NCBI GenBank assembly: GCA_034667745.1
Contig: JAXDQP010000052.1
Location: 1-62,161 of the forward strand
Source of the DNA: Thermoplasmata archaeon
GTDB lineage: Archaea > Thermoplasmatota > E2 > JACPAO01 > JAHFTW01
Length of the DNA stretch: 62,161 bases
Direction of reading: 5' to 3'
The position numbers and the translations under genes were made by a program. Each line of letters opens with the position of its first letter. Position 1 is the first letter of the stretch. The notes below the pieces were generated by a model. The model was not told the origin of the DNA, made no database searches, and worked only from the letters and a program-made list of their open reading frames with translations. Of the stretch, positions 34,990 through 43,589 are shown piece by piece.

Positions 34990-36201
34990 TTGAAGACCCG
35001 CGCTCCCTTGGGCCCGGCGTTGCCCGTCACGGTGCGCGACCCCATCCACGGCTCCATCCGCATCGACGACTGGGCGCTGCCGCTCGTCGACGCGCCCGCG
35101 GTGCAGCGCCTGCGCCGCATCCACCAACTGGGGACCGCGCACCTCGTCTACCCGGGCGCGCACCACCGCCGCTTCGAGCACAGCCTGGGCGCGCACCACC
35201 TCGCCGGCCGCTTCGCTGCCGCGCTGGGGCTGTCGGAGCACGAGTCCAAGACCGTGCGCGCCGCCTGCCTCCTGCACGACGTCGGGCACGGCCCCTTCAG
35301 CCACGCGTTCGAGGAGCTGGTGAAGGAGGAGGGCCGCCGGCACGAGCAGGCGAGCATGGACCTCGTGGCATGGGGGCCGCTGGCGGACCCGCTGCGGCAG
35401 GCCGGGCTCGACCCCAGCGCCGTCGCGCAGGCCATCGGCGGCCAGGGCCACCTCTCGCCCATCGTGAGCGGCAGCCTCGACGCCGACCGCACCGACTACC
35501 TGCTGCGCGACGCGCACTACACCGGCTTCCGCTCCGCCGTGGACCCCGACCGCCTCATCGAGGTGCTGCAGCCCGGCGAGGGGCACACCATCGTCCTCGA
35601 CGAGTCCGGCCTCATCGCGGCCGAGGCCATCCTGACGACGCGGTTCCTGATGTATCCGGCCGTCTACCTCCACCACACGGTGCGCGCCAGCGAGGCGATG
35701 CTCCAGGCCGCCGTCCGCGCGCACCTCGCCAGCAGCGGGCAGCGCCTGCAGGACCTGGAGCGCGAGACCGACGACGGCCTCCTGCACACGCTGCGCTCCA
35801 GCGGTGGCGAGTCCGCCGCGCTCGTGGCCCGCCTCGACGACCGCCGCCTCTACAAGCGCGCCTACGAGGGCCGCCCCGGCCAGCCCAACACGGACGCCCT
35901 GCTGGCGCTCGGGGGCGAGCCCAAGGAGCGCCGCCGCCTCGCGGCCGAGATTGCCGACGCGGCGGGCGTGGCGCACGAGGCGGTCCTGCTCGACGTGCCG
36001 CACCCGCCCAAGTTCCGCGAGCTGCGCCTCCAGGTGCGCTCCCGTGACGGCACCCTGCGGCTGCTGCCCGAGGCGAGCCGGCTGGTCAAGGTGATGGAGG
36101 AGGCCCGCATGGACCACTGGCGCGCCTGGGTCTTCGCCCCCAAGCAGGAGCGCGAGCGCGTCGGCGCGGCCGCCCAGGGCATCCTGGACAATCTCTCCTA
36201 G
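34990..36201 (+). CDS. HD-domain phosphohydrolase (dNTPase-like)
   Basis: 'DPIHGSIRI', 'RFEHSLGAHHL' and 'LLHDVGHGPFSH'. TTG 34990 directly abuts the upstream TGA; GTG 35032 is an alternative start. Confidence 0.8.
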   Translation: MKTRAPLGPALPVTVRDPIHGSIRIDDWALPLVDAPAVQRLRRIHQLGTAHLVYPGAHHRRFEHSLGAHHLAGRFAAALGLSEHESKTVRAACLLHDVGHGPFSHAFEELVKEEGRRHEQASMDLVAWGPLADPLRQAGLDPSAVAQAIGGQGHLSPIVSGSLDADRTDYLLRDAHYTGFRSAVDPDRLIEVLQPGEGHTIVLDESGLIAAEAILTTRFLMYPAVYLHHTVRASEAMLQAAVRAHLASSGQRLQDLERETDDGLLHTLRSSGGESAALVARLDDRRLYKRAYEGRPGQPNTDALLALGGEPKERRRLAAEIADAAGVAHEAVLLDVPHPPKFRELRLQVRSRDGTLRLLPEASRLVKVMEEARMDHWRAWVFAPKQERERVGAAAQGILDNLS

Positions 36202-36253
36202 AGGGAAGCCCTGCATTGGGAAGGTTCATGCCCTCCCGCGCGGCTCGGCCCGC

Positions 36254-36928
36254 GTGCGCGCAGCCCTCGCCCTCGCCGCCCTGGCCCTCCTGCTGGTCCC
36301 CTCCGCGTCCCCCGCGCCGCCGGCCTGGGCCTACGTCCTGGCGACGCCGCCGCCCGGCCCGGCCGCCGCCCCCGTCGTCACCGGCACCGGCACCTGGGTG
36401 CACTGGGTCAACGCCGACGGCGTCCAGTACGTCGCCCACGACACGGTCCCCGCCACCGACGTCGAGGTCCGCTTCCTGCGCGTCAGCGCCCAGCCCGCCT
36501 GCAACTCGCCCGCCTACGCCGCGCACCTCACGGTCCAGTTCGCCGCCACCGCGAAGGCAGGCCAGCCCAACCTCGAGGGGACGGCCGACATCGTGTGGGG
36601 CGGCCAGCGCCTCGGCGACCCGACCGCCGAGGGCGACGACGGCTTCACGCCCATCGCGCCCACCACGGCGGCCGTCGTCCACTTCCAGGACGCCGCCCGC
36701 ACCCAGAGCGCCGTGGCGCACACGGCCCGCGTCCAGGTCGCCCTCTACGGTCCCACCAGCACCGCGGCCACCGGCGGCGTCACGAGCGTTGGCCTCCGCC
36801 TCACCATCGACTGGGCCGGCACCACGCAGGACCCCACCGAGGCCTTCCACTGGAGCGGCACCGGCCCCGCCGACGTCTTCGGCCAGCTCCTGCAGCCGCC
36901 CGGCCCCTGCCTCTCCGGCCTCCCGTAG
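36254..36928 (+). CDS. Hypothetical secreted protein
   Basis: Signal 'ALALAALALLLVPSASPA'. High GC3. GTG start. Confidence 0.5.
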   Translation: MRAALALAALALLLVPSASPAPPAWAYVLATPPPGPAAAPVVTGTGTWVHWVNADGVQYVAHDTVPATDVEVRFLRVSAQPACNSPAYAAHLTVQFAATAKAGQPNLEGTADIVWGGQRLGDPTAEGDDGFTPIAPTTAAVVHFQDAARTQSAVAHTARVQVALYGPTSTAATGGVTSVGLRLTIDWAGTTQDPTEAFHWSGTGPADVFGQLLQPPGPCLSGLP

Positions 36929-36950
36929 GCCAGGCGCCCCGGTCCCCTTG

Positions 36951-36958
36951 CCTTAAGT
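36951..36958 (+). promoter_or_regulatory. TTAAG-type promoter box (CCTTAAGT)
   Basis: Lies 25 nt upstream of the S2P ATG at 36983. Confidence 0.5.
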
Positions 36959-36982
36959 CGGCGCCGCCGGTGGCCGCCTGGC

Positions 36983-38392
36983 ATGGTGCGGGACGACGCA
37001 GGCGACGGGGCCACGCTGCGCCGCATCGTCGAGCGCCACTTCCGCGTCTACGACGCCCGCGACGAGGTGGTGCGGGGCGAGGTCGCGGCGCGGCTCTACT
37101 ACCTCATGTTCCCGGCCGAGGAGTTCGACGCCCGCTTCGCCGCCGCCCGCGCCGAGCTACAGAAGGTGGACCCCGAGCTGCTGGTGTTCGTGCGCCGCGA
37201 GGCCGGCGAGGACATCCTGTTCGTCGCGCACCGCCCGCCCGCCGTGCAGGCGCGCAAGGGCCTCCACCTCGGCCTCCTGCTGGCCACGCTCGCCACCACC
37301 ATCCTGTCCGGAGCCATCACCTGGCACGGCTACATGGCGCGCGGCGGCGACCTCTCGTGGTCGGTGCTGTGGAACCCCACCGACCTGCTGTGGGGCGCCC
37401 TCACCTTCGCGCTGCCGCTCATGCTCATCCTGGGCCTGCACGAGCTGGCCCACTTCCTCGTGGCGCGGCGGCACGGCCTGCGCGCCAGCCTCCCGTTCTT
37501 CATCCCGGCCCCGCCGGTCCTGATGCCCTTCGGCACGCTGGGCGCCTTCATCTCGATGCGCGACCCGATGCCGGACCGCAAGGCGCTCTTCGACGTGGGC
37601 GCCGCCGGCCCCCTCGTCGGCTTCCTGGTCACGCTGCCGGTCATCGTGCTGGGCGCGTTCCTCACCGGCGCCGTCGCGCAGCCCCTCCCCGACAGCGGCC
37701 ACCCGTTCGTCACGGCCGACGCGCCCTTCACGCTCACGCAGGAATCCGGCCACCTCGTCCTCCAGGCCAACGTCACCGGCCCCGGCTTCCTCACCTTCAA
37801 CGTCACGCCACCGCCACAGGCCAAGGGGGAATGGCCCTACACGGTGCGGGCGACCATCCACGACGCGGGCGGCGGCACCACCGAGGAGACCTCGCAGCGC
37901 ACCCTCGCGGCCGGCCAGGGCGAGCGCCGCAGCCTGGGCCTGCCCGCCAACGCCCGCTCCGTCACGCTCGACATCACCTGGGACGACGGCCTCCTGCGCC
38001 TCGGCGACCCCCTGCTCGTCCAGATCCTGGGCAAGGCGTTCCACAACGACGGCTACCTCACCCACCCCACCTTCATCGCCGGCTGGGTCGGCCTCCTCGT
38101 CACCGGCATCAACCTCCTGCCCGCGGGCCAGCTCGACGGCGGCCACGTGGCGCGCGCCGTCCTAGGGGAGAGGATGCGCTTCGTGGCGATGGGCGCCGTC
38201 GGCCTGCTGATGGTGCTGGCCTTTCTGTTCAACTCCTGGCTGCTGATGGCCTTCTTCCTGCTCGTGACGGGCGTGCAGCACGCCCCGCCGCTCAACGACC
38301 GCACCCGCCTGGACCGCAAGCGCCTCATCCTGGCGGCCGTGGTCCTGCTGGTGTTCATCCTCACATTCGTGCCGGTCCCCATCCAGGTCTGA
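36983..38392 (+). CDS. Site-2 protease (M50 family) with a large extracytoplasmic insertion
   Basis: 'HELAHFLVARRHG' (HExxH) and 'NLLPAGQLDGGHV' (the LDG motif). About 110 aa are inserted between them. Confidence 0.8.
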   Translation: MVRDDAGDGATLRRIVERHFRVYDARDEVVRGEVAARLYYLMFPAEEFDARFAAARAELQKVDPELLVFVRREAGEDILFVAHRPPAVQARKGLHLGLLLATLATTILSGAITWHGYMARGGDLSWSVLWNPTDLLWGALTFALPLMLILGLHELAHFLVARRHGLRASLPFFIPAPPVLMPFGTLGAFISMRDPMPDRKALFDVGAAGPLVGFLVTLPVIVLGAFLTGAVAQPLPDSGHPFVTADAPFTLTQESGHLVLQANVTGPGFLTFNVTPPPQAKGEWPYTVRATIHDAGGGTTEETSQRTLAAGQGERRSLGLPANARSVTLDITWDDGLLRLGDPLLVQILGKAFHNDGYLTHPTFIAGWVGLLVTGINLLPAGQLDGGHVARAVLGERMRFVAMGAVGLLMVLAFLFNSWLLMAFFLLVTGVQHAPPLNDRTRLDRKRLILAAVVLLVFILTFVPVPIQV

Positions 38393-38450
38393 GGATTCGA
38401 AAAATCCCGGCGCAGGCGTTTCCGGTTGTCGCGGGAATCGTGCGCTTCGC
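38393..38450. repeat. Degenerate phased element with a 5-bp hairpin
   Basis: GGATTCGAAAAATCC hairpin, then TTTCCGGTT GTCGCGGGA ATCGTGCGC TTCGCC. Starts at the first base after the S2P stop. Confidence 0.4.
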
Positions 38451-38592
38451 CACCGACTCCCCCGAGAGCTCGTGCAAACCCCCTGGACATCCAGGAAATT
38501 GGCCGAATTTTGTGGCCGAACCGGAAACAAAAATTAGTGAAAACCGGGAGCGTTCCCCGCTAGCTTTCCAACGTCCCCGGAATGCGGCGGAA

Positions 38593-38608
38593 GGTCCCGC
38601 AAGGGACC
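38593..38608 (+). promoter_or_regulatory. GNRA-tetraloop hairpin in the 5' leader of the Cys-rich secreted protein gene
   Basis: GGTCCC-GCAA-GGGACC, ending 10 nt before ATG 38618. Any regulatory role is speculative. Confidence 0.3.
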
Positions 38609-38617
38609 GGTGAACCC

Positions 38618-40042
38618 ATGAAAACCGTACTCATTGCCGGCTTGCTGGCACTGGCCCTCCTCCCCCCCGCGCTCGCGCACAACGGCGGCCCCGCGACCTC
38701 CGGCTCGTGTGGCGTCATGGCCTGTGAAGACCAGGTCATCCTGAACGGCTGTGGCCTCGAGGTCGAGGTCGCGGCCAACGTCGGCGACCCCCTCGACCTG
38801 AGCGAGTTGCCGTGCCCCCACGCCGGCACTCCCCCGGTCGACCACGACCGCTGGTCGAGCTACCCGGCCCCCGGCGCCGCGGAGCGCCGCAGTGGCATCT
38901 CGGGCCGCTACGTCGGCAGCACCGGTCCCCTCCTCGAGGCCACGGGCAGCCAGAGCAGCATCTTCCCGCAGGCAGGCATTGGCCCCATCGAGCTGTTCGG
39001 CATCATCACCATCCTGTGTGACGTCGAGGTCGGCGGCAACGGCCAGGCGCCGGACCCGGACCTGGATGAGACCACCGTTGACGGCACGGCGGGCGGCGGC
39101 GGTGCCGGCACCACCACCGGCGGCGTCCCCAACGCCCTGTGGGACGACGGCGGCATCGGCGGCGCTTGCCACACCTCGACCTATGGCTACGACAACGCGG
39201 CCCACACCCTGTACAACAGCCCGGGCTGCCCGACGGGCGACTACGCGATGGCCGAGGACATCCTCCTGGGCGACAGCGTCGAGATTGGCGTCGGCTGCGA
39301 CAACACCATTGCCGCCCCCGGCAACAACGATGGCCCCGACGTGCAGGGCGCCTTGGGCTGCGTCATCAACGAGGTCATCCTGCAGCAGGACCTCGGCGCC
39401 CTCAACGGGTGCCTGGCGCCGCTGGTGAGCAGCATCCAGAACGGTGCCGGCATTTGCGAAGCGCGCGCCATTCTAGCGTGGGGCCCCGGACTGCCTGGGA
39501 CCTTGCCCCAACTCGAGGCTGCCCTAAACGCTTGCGTGGGACCACGCGTCCTCTGCATCACTAACCCGGCCACCTGCGTCGACCCCGCGGACCTGGTGTG
39601 CGGCTCCGATGGCGTCACCGACTCCATCAACTTCGGTGAGGGCGGCGGCCACGCCAACCCGGCCAGCAGCGGCCCCTACAACGAGGACGGCGTGCCCTAC
39701 CCGGCCCCGGTCAACGGCTGCCTGAACACTGGCGGCAACGGCCAGGTGTACGTCATCGCCGGCGTGCGCGCCGAGGTCCCCGCCGTGGCGGACCTGACTG
39801 GCAACGACGGCATCGGCATCAGCCTCTCGCTCGTGCCCACCCTCGGCTGGATCTCCCAGGTGCAGTCCACCGGCCCCGCCGTGTTCGTCCCGCAGTACAA
39901 CTGCGAGGGCACCGGCAGCAACTACGTCTGCGCCGGGAACGTGCTGCACCTCGGCAACCCCTGCTACGTGGTCTGGGTCGACGACGACAACAACGCCAAC
40001 CCGGACGACAGCGGCGCCAGCATCCTCTCGGTGACCTGCTGA
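38618..40042 (+). CDS. Secreted Cys-rich protein (20 Cys), function unknown
   Basis: Signal 'MKTVLIAGLLALALLPPALA'. I count 20 cysteines. Gly/Asp-rich, with no membrane anchor. ATG 38618 preferred over the track's start at 38582. Confidence 0.6.
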   Translation: MKTVLIAGLLALALLPPALAHNGGPATSGSCGVMACEDQVILNGCGLEVEVAANVGDPLDLSELPCPHAGTPPVDHDRWSSYPAPGAAERRSGISGRYVGSTGPLLEATGSQSSIFPQAGIGPIELFGIITILCDVEVGGNGQAPDPDLDETTVDGTAGGGGAGTTTGGVPNALWDDGGIGGACHTSTYGYDNAAHTLYNSPGCPTGDYAMAEDILLGDSVEIGVGCDNTIAAPGNNDGPDVQGALGCVINEVILQQDLGALNGCLAPLVSSIQNGAGICEARAILAWGPGLPGTLPQLEAALNACVGPRVLCITNPATCVDPADLVCGSDGVTDSINFGEGGGHANPASSGPYNEDGVPYPAPVNGCLNTGGNGQVYVIAGVRAEVPAVADLTGNDGIGISLSLVPTLGWISQVQSTGPAVFVPQYNCEGTGSNYVCAGNVLHLGNPCYVVWVDDDNNANPDDSGASILSVTC

Positions 40043-40050
40043 GCCGACCG

Positions 40051-40088
40051 GTCCCCTCCTCCCCTTTTCCTTCCTCCTCTGTTTTTGC
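40051..40088 (+). terminator. C/T-rich tract after a stop codon
   Basis: 'gtcccctcctccccttttccttcctcctctgttttt', 9 nt after the TGA at 40040-40042. Confidence 0.55.
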
Positions 40089-40310
40089 TCACGCCTGCTG
40101 GTCGGCGTCAGCCGCGACCGTAGCCTGTTTGGTGCGCGGGTCGCTTGCCGGCGCGTCGCTGCCGTCGCGCAGCATGAGGCGCAGCAGGCCGAAGGAGCTG
40201 AGCGCCAGCCCGACGGCCATGAGCGCGAGGCTCTGCAGGGGGATGGCGGCCTTGAGCGCGCCCACGCCGGACAGGAAGGCGAGGGCGGGCCAGACGAGGG
40301 TCCGGAGCAT
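40089..40310 (-). CDS. Small membrane protein (73 aa)
   Basis: Two hydrophobic helices. A 'TAAATATC' box lies 21 nt upstream of the ATG. Confidence 0.4.
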   Translation of the reverse strand: MLRTLVWPALAFLSGVGALKAAIPLQSLALMAVGLALSSFGLLRLMLRDGSDAPASDPRTKQATVAADADQQA

Positions 40311-40331
40311 AGCCTTCCGTGTTCCTTTCCT

Positions 40332-40339
40332 GATATTTA
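40332..40339 (-). promoter_or_regulatory. TATA-like box TAAATATC
   Basis: Lies 21 nt upstream of ATG 40310 on the minus strand. It could also serve the divergent HAD gene. Confidence 0.5.
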
Positions 40340-40422
40340 GCGAGCCTCGTGCATCCATTGGATTGTCCAGGGACGGACCCCGCACCGGCGCCTTCAAGTC
40401 CGCGCGGGCTCCACCCGTCGCC

Positions 40423-41145
40423 ATGGATGCCCTTGCCCGCGCCGCCCTCGCCGGGCCGGTGCTGCGCGGCGCCAAGGCGGTCGTGTTCGACCTCGATGAC
40501 ACGCTCATCAACTGGCGGCAGGCGGAGTTCGCCGCCATCGGCGACCTGGCGCGCGACCACTTCGGCCCCGCCGGCATCCCGGAGCCGCGCGTGCGCGCGA
40601 CCTACGCCGAGGTGATGGAGCTGAACTTCGCCTCCTTCCGCGCCACGGGCCGGTGGTGGTACGTCGGCGAGCGGCTGGGCCTGCTGAGCCAGCGCCTCGG
40701 CACCGAGGGCACCCTGCTGGGCGACACGCTGGCCTCGCACTTCCGCGAGCACGTGGTGCGCCACCTGGCCCTCCTGCCGGGCGCCCTCGACGCCCTGGCC
40801 GCCGCCCGCGCCGCCGGCGCCCGCACCGCGCTTCTGACCAACGGCCCCGGCCACGTGCAGCGCCCCAAGGTCGAGCAGTTCGGCCTCGCCGCCCACGTGG
40901 ACTTCGTCGGCATCACGGGCGAGATGGGGCACTGGAAGCCGTCGCCGCAGGCGTTCCTGCACGTGCTGGCCAAGCTCGGCGTCGCGCCCGGCGAGGCGGT
41001 CATGGTGGGCGACTCGCTCGACTTCGACATCGAGCCCGCGCGCCGCCTGGGGATGCGCACCGTCTGGGTGGACCCGGCCGCCGCCGCCCACCCCGCCGCC
41101 GACCTCGTGGTGGCCGCCCCGGCGGGGCTGCTGCGCCATCTCTAG
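40423..41145 (+). CDS. HAD-IA family hydrolase
   Basis: 'VVFDLDDTL', 'LLTNG' and 'MVGDSLDFDI'. Confidence 0.75.
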   Translation: MDALARAALAGPVLRGAKAVVFDLDDTLINWRQAEFAAIGDLARDHFGPAGIPEPRVRATYAEVMELNFASFRATGRWWYVGERLGLLSQRLGTEGTLLGDTLASHFREHVVRHLALLPGALDALAAARAAGARTALLTNGPGHVQRPKVEQFGLAAHVDFVGITGEMGHWKPSPQAFLHVLAKLGVAPGEAVMVGDSLDFDIEPARRLGMRTVWVDPAAAAHPAADLVVAAPAGLLRHL

Positions 41146-41186
41146 CGCAAGGCAAGCCTCAAGGGGCGGGCCCGAATCCGTGGGGC

Positions 41187-41552
41187 ATGCAGTCCTACCC
41201 CGTGAAGCCCGGCCACGCCGGCAAGGTGAACCTGCCGGACGTCTTCGACGCCTGCTTCGACGCGCACAAGAACGAGGGGGAGTGGCTGTGCGGCAGCTTC
41301 GGCTCGATGCCCCAGATCAAGGTGCGCTTCGAGGGGAAGAAGGAGTTCATCGTCGACACCGTCACGGACAAGACGTTCGCGCAGAAGGTCGCGGCCGGCG
41401 ACAAGGAGGCCCTGGCCGTCGCGATGGACACGCAGCGGCGCTGGAACGAGTTCCTGGAGGGCGCCACCGGCTACGACGCCAAGGCGCGCAGCAAGAAGAT
41501 CCAGGAGCTGGCCAAGAAGGGCGCCGCCAAGGACGTCCCGGCCGGCGTCTAG
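41187..41552 (+). CDS. Hypothetical protein
   Basis: 121 aa with coding-like codon usage. The N-terminus 'MQSYPVKPGH' reminds me of a small archaeal DUF family; this is a low-certainty recollection. Confidence 0.5.
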   Translation: MQSYPVKPGHAGKVNLPDVFDACFDAHKNEGEWLCGSFGSMPQIKVRFEGKKEFIVDTVTDKTFAQKVAAGDKEALAVAMDTQRRWNEFLEGATGYDAKARSKKIQELAKKGAAKDVPAGV

Positions 41553-41752
41553 GGGCACTGCGGAATCGGGCAGCCGACGTAGTCCTTCTCGCCGTTCACG
41601 CAGAGGAAGGCGCCGTTCTGGTCCGCGCTGATGGGCGGCACGATGTTGCACTTCTCGCGGCTGGCCTCGCCTGCCTGGGCGGAGGCGACGCCGGCCGCGG
41701 CGGGGACGAGGGCGAGCGCAAGCAGGAGGGGCAATGCCCAGGAAGGCTGCAT
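41549..41752 (-). CDS. Small secreted 4-Cys peptide precursor
   Basis: 67 aa from ATG 41752. Signal 'WALPLLLALALVPAAAGVASA'. The mature part of about 42 aa has 4 Cys. High GC3. A TATA-like 'GTTATCTA' lies upstream. Confidence 0.45.
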   Translation of the reverse strand: MQPSWALPLLLALALVPAAAGVASAQAGEASREKCNIVPPISADQNGAFLCVNGEKDYVGCPIPQCP

Positions 41753-41826
41753 GGACGCTTCCACTCCGTGCAGCCTAGATAACTCCTGGAGACGCGTGGC
41801 CGAAATGCCGACCCCCTTCGAAGCAG

Positions 41827-41834
41827 GCTTAACA
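41827..41834 (+). promoter_or_regulatory. TTAA-type promoter box (GCTTAACA)
   Basis: Lies 23 nt upstream of the kae1 GTG at 41857. Confidence 0.45.
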
Positions 41835-41856
41835 CGAGCGGCGGGGTGCGCGCGGC

Positions 41857-42879
41857 GTGGCCGTGCTCGGCATCGAAGGCACCGCGCACACGCTGGGGGT
41901 GGGCATCGTGGAGGAGAAGGGCGGGCGCTGCCGCGTCCTGGCCAACGAGCGCGCGATGGCGAAGCCGGCCACGCAGCCGCCGACGGAGCCGGGCGGGCCG
42001 GCCGCCGGCATCCACCCCCGCGAGGCCGCGCACCAGCACGCCGAGGCCGCGCCGGGCCTGCTGCACCGCGCGCTGGAGAAGGCCAACCTCTCGCCGGACG
42101 AGCTGGAGGGGGTCGCGTTCAGCCAGGGCCCCGGCCTCGGCCCCTGCCTGCGCGTCGCCGCCACGATGGCCCGCGCCCTGGCCCTCCGCCACGGCAAGCC
42201 GCTGCTCGGGGTGAACCACTGCGTCGCTCACCTGGAGATTGGGCGCGGCATGACGGGCGCCACGGACCCGATGCTGCTCTACGCCTCCGGCGGCAACACG
42301 CAGGTGCTGGCCTTCGCGCGGGGCCGCTACCGCGTCTTCGGCGAGACGCTCGACATCGGCCTCGGCAACGCGCTGGACAAGTTCGCGCGCGCCCTCGGCG
42401 TCCCGTTCCCCGGCGGCCCCCAGGTCGAGGCGTGGGCGGCGCAGGCGACGGGGCCGTGGCACGCGCTGCCCTACACGGTCAAGGGCATGGACATGAGCTT
42501 CGCCGGGCTCGCGACGGCTGCCCAGCGCCTCGCGCAGGAGGGCGTGCCGCTGCCGGAGGTGGCCTTCGCGTTCCAGGAGCACGCGTTCGGCGCCCTCGTC
42601 GAGACGGCGGAGCGCGCCCTTGCGCACACCGGCCGCAGCGAGCTGGTGCTGGGCGGCGGCGTCGCCTGCAACGCCCGCCTGCAAGCCATGGCGCGCGCCA
42701 TGTGCGAAGGCCGCGGCGCCACCATGCACTGCCCGCCGCGCGAGGTGCTGGTGGACAACGGCGCGATGATTGGCTGGCTTGGCCTGCTGAAGCTGCGCGC
42801 GGGCGACGTGATGCCGGTCGAGAGGAGCCAGGTGCTTCCCTACCAACGGACGGACGAGGTCGAGGTGACCTGGCGATGA
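41857..42879 (+). CDS. kae1: tRNA N6-adenosine threonylcarbamoyltransferase Kae1
   Basis: 'VLGIEGTAHTLGVGIV', 'VNHCVAHLE' and 'GGGVACNARL'. GTG start 23 nt after a 'GCTTAACA' box. Confidence 0.9.
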   Translation: MAVLGIEGTAHTLGVGIVEEKGGRCRVLANERAMAKPATQPPTEPGGPAAGIHPREAAHQHAEAAPGLLHRALEKANLSPDELEGVAFSQGPGLGPCLRVAATMARALALRHGKPLLGVNHCVAHLEIGRGMTGATDPMLLYASGGNTQVLAFARGRYRVFGETLDIGLGNALDKFARALGVPFPGGPQVEAWAAQATGPWHALPYTVKGMDMSFAGLATAAQRLAQEGVPLPEVAFAFQEHAFGALVETAERALAHTGRSELVLGGGVACNARLQAMARAMCEGRGATMHCPPREVLVDNGAMIGWLGLLKLRAGDVMPVERSQVLPYQRTDEVEVTWR

Positions 42880-43589
42880 GCCCCGCCTCCGAGCCAGGGA
42901 TTCCGGGGGGTTTGGGGATACCCCGCCCATCCGAATCCCCGGAATCCTTGCAGTCCCTGTTTGGCCGGGGCGGGAAGGTGGGCGCCGAGGCCGAGGTTGC
43001 GCCAACGGACTGGATGGGGCGCGCCACCGTCGCCAAGCGGCGCCTGCCCAAGCCCTACCGCCACCCGGAGCTGGACGCCCGGCTGCGGAGCGAGCGCACC
43101 CGCGACGAGGCCGCGCTCCTGCTCGCCGCCCGCCGCGCCGGCATTCCCGTCCCGGTCCTCTACGACGCCGACCGCGCCGCCAGCGTCCTCGTCCTGGAGC
43201 AGGTTCCCGGCCCGACGCTGCGGGTCGCGCTGGAGTCCGATGGTGACGCCGTGGCCGCGCAACGGCTTGGTGCGTTGGGGCGCGCGGTGGGTCGCCTGCA
43301 CGACGCGGGCCTCACGCACGGCGACCTCACCACGAGCAACGTCCTGCTGCCGGAGCCCGCCGACGCCGCGCGTTTGGTCCTCATCGACTTCGGCCTCGGC
43401 GCCTTCAGCGAGGAGCCGGAGCCGCGCGGCGTGGACCTGCACCTGGTCGAGGAGGCGCTCGCCGCCACCGACGCACGGCACAAGGCCCTGTTCGCCGCGT
43501 TCCTGGACGGCTACCGCGCCGCGGCCCGTTGCGCGCCCGCCTCGCTCCAGCGGCTTGATGACATCCGGCAGCGTGGCAGGTACCACTGA
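42876..43589 (+). CDS. bud32: KEOPS kinase/ATPase Bud32
   Basis: 'GAEAEV...KRRLPKPYRHPELDARLRSERTRDEA' and 'HGDLTTSNVLL...LIDFGL'. ATG 42876 overlaps the kae1 stop (ATGA). The first ~24 codons are a repeat element, so TTG 42948 is an alternative start. Confidence 0.8.
   Translation: MSPASEPGIPGGLGIPRPSESPESLQSLFGRGGKVGAEAEVAPTDWMGRATVAKRRLPKPYRHPELDARLRSERTRDEAALLLAARRAGIPVPVLYDADRAASVLVLEQVPGPTLRVALESDGDAVAAQRLGALGRAVGRLHDAGLTHGDLTTSNVLLPEPADAARLVLIDFGLGAFSEEPEPRGVDLHLVEEALAATDARHKALFAAFLDGYRAAARCAPASLQRLDDIRQRGRYH
42895..42962. repeat. Palindromic 9-nt-phased element (GGGGA flavour) at the kae1/bud32 junction
   Basis: CAGGGATTCCGGGGGGTTTGGGGATACCCCGCCCATCCGAATCCCCGGAATCCTTGCAGTCCCTGTTT. 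It has the same ends (CAGGGATT... / ...TCCCTGTTT) as the purL-purQ copy. Confidence 0.8.
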
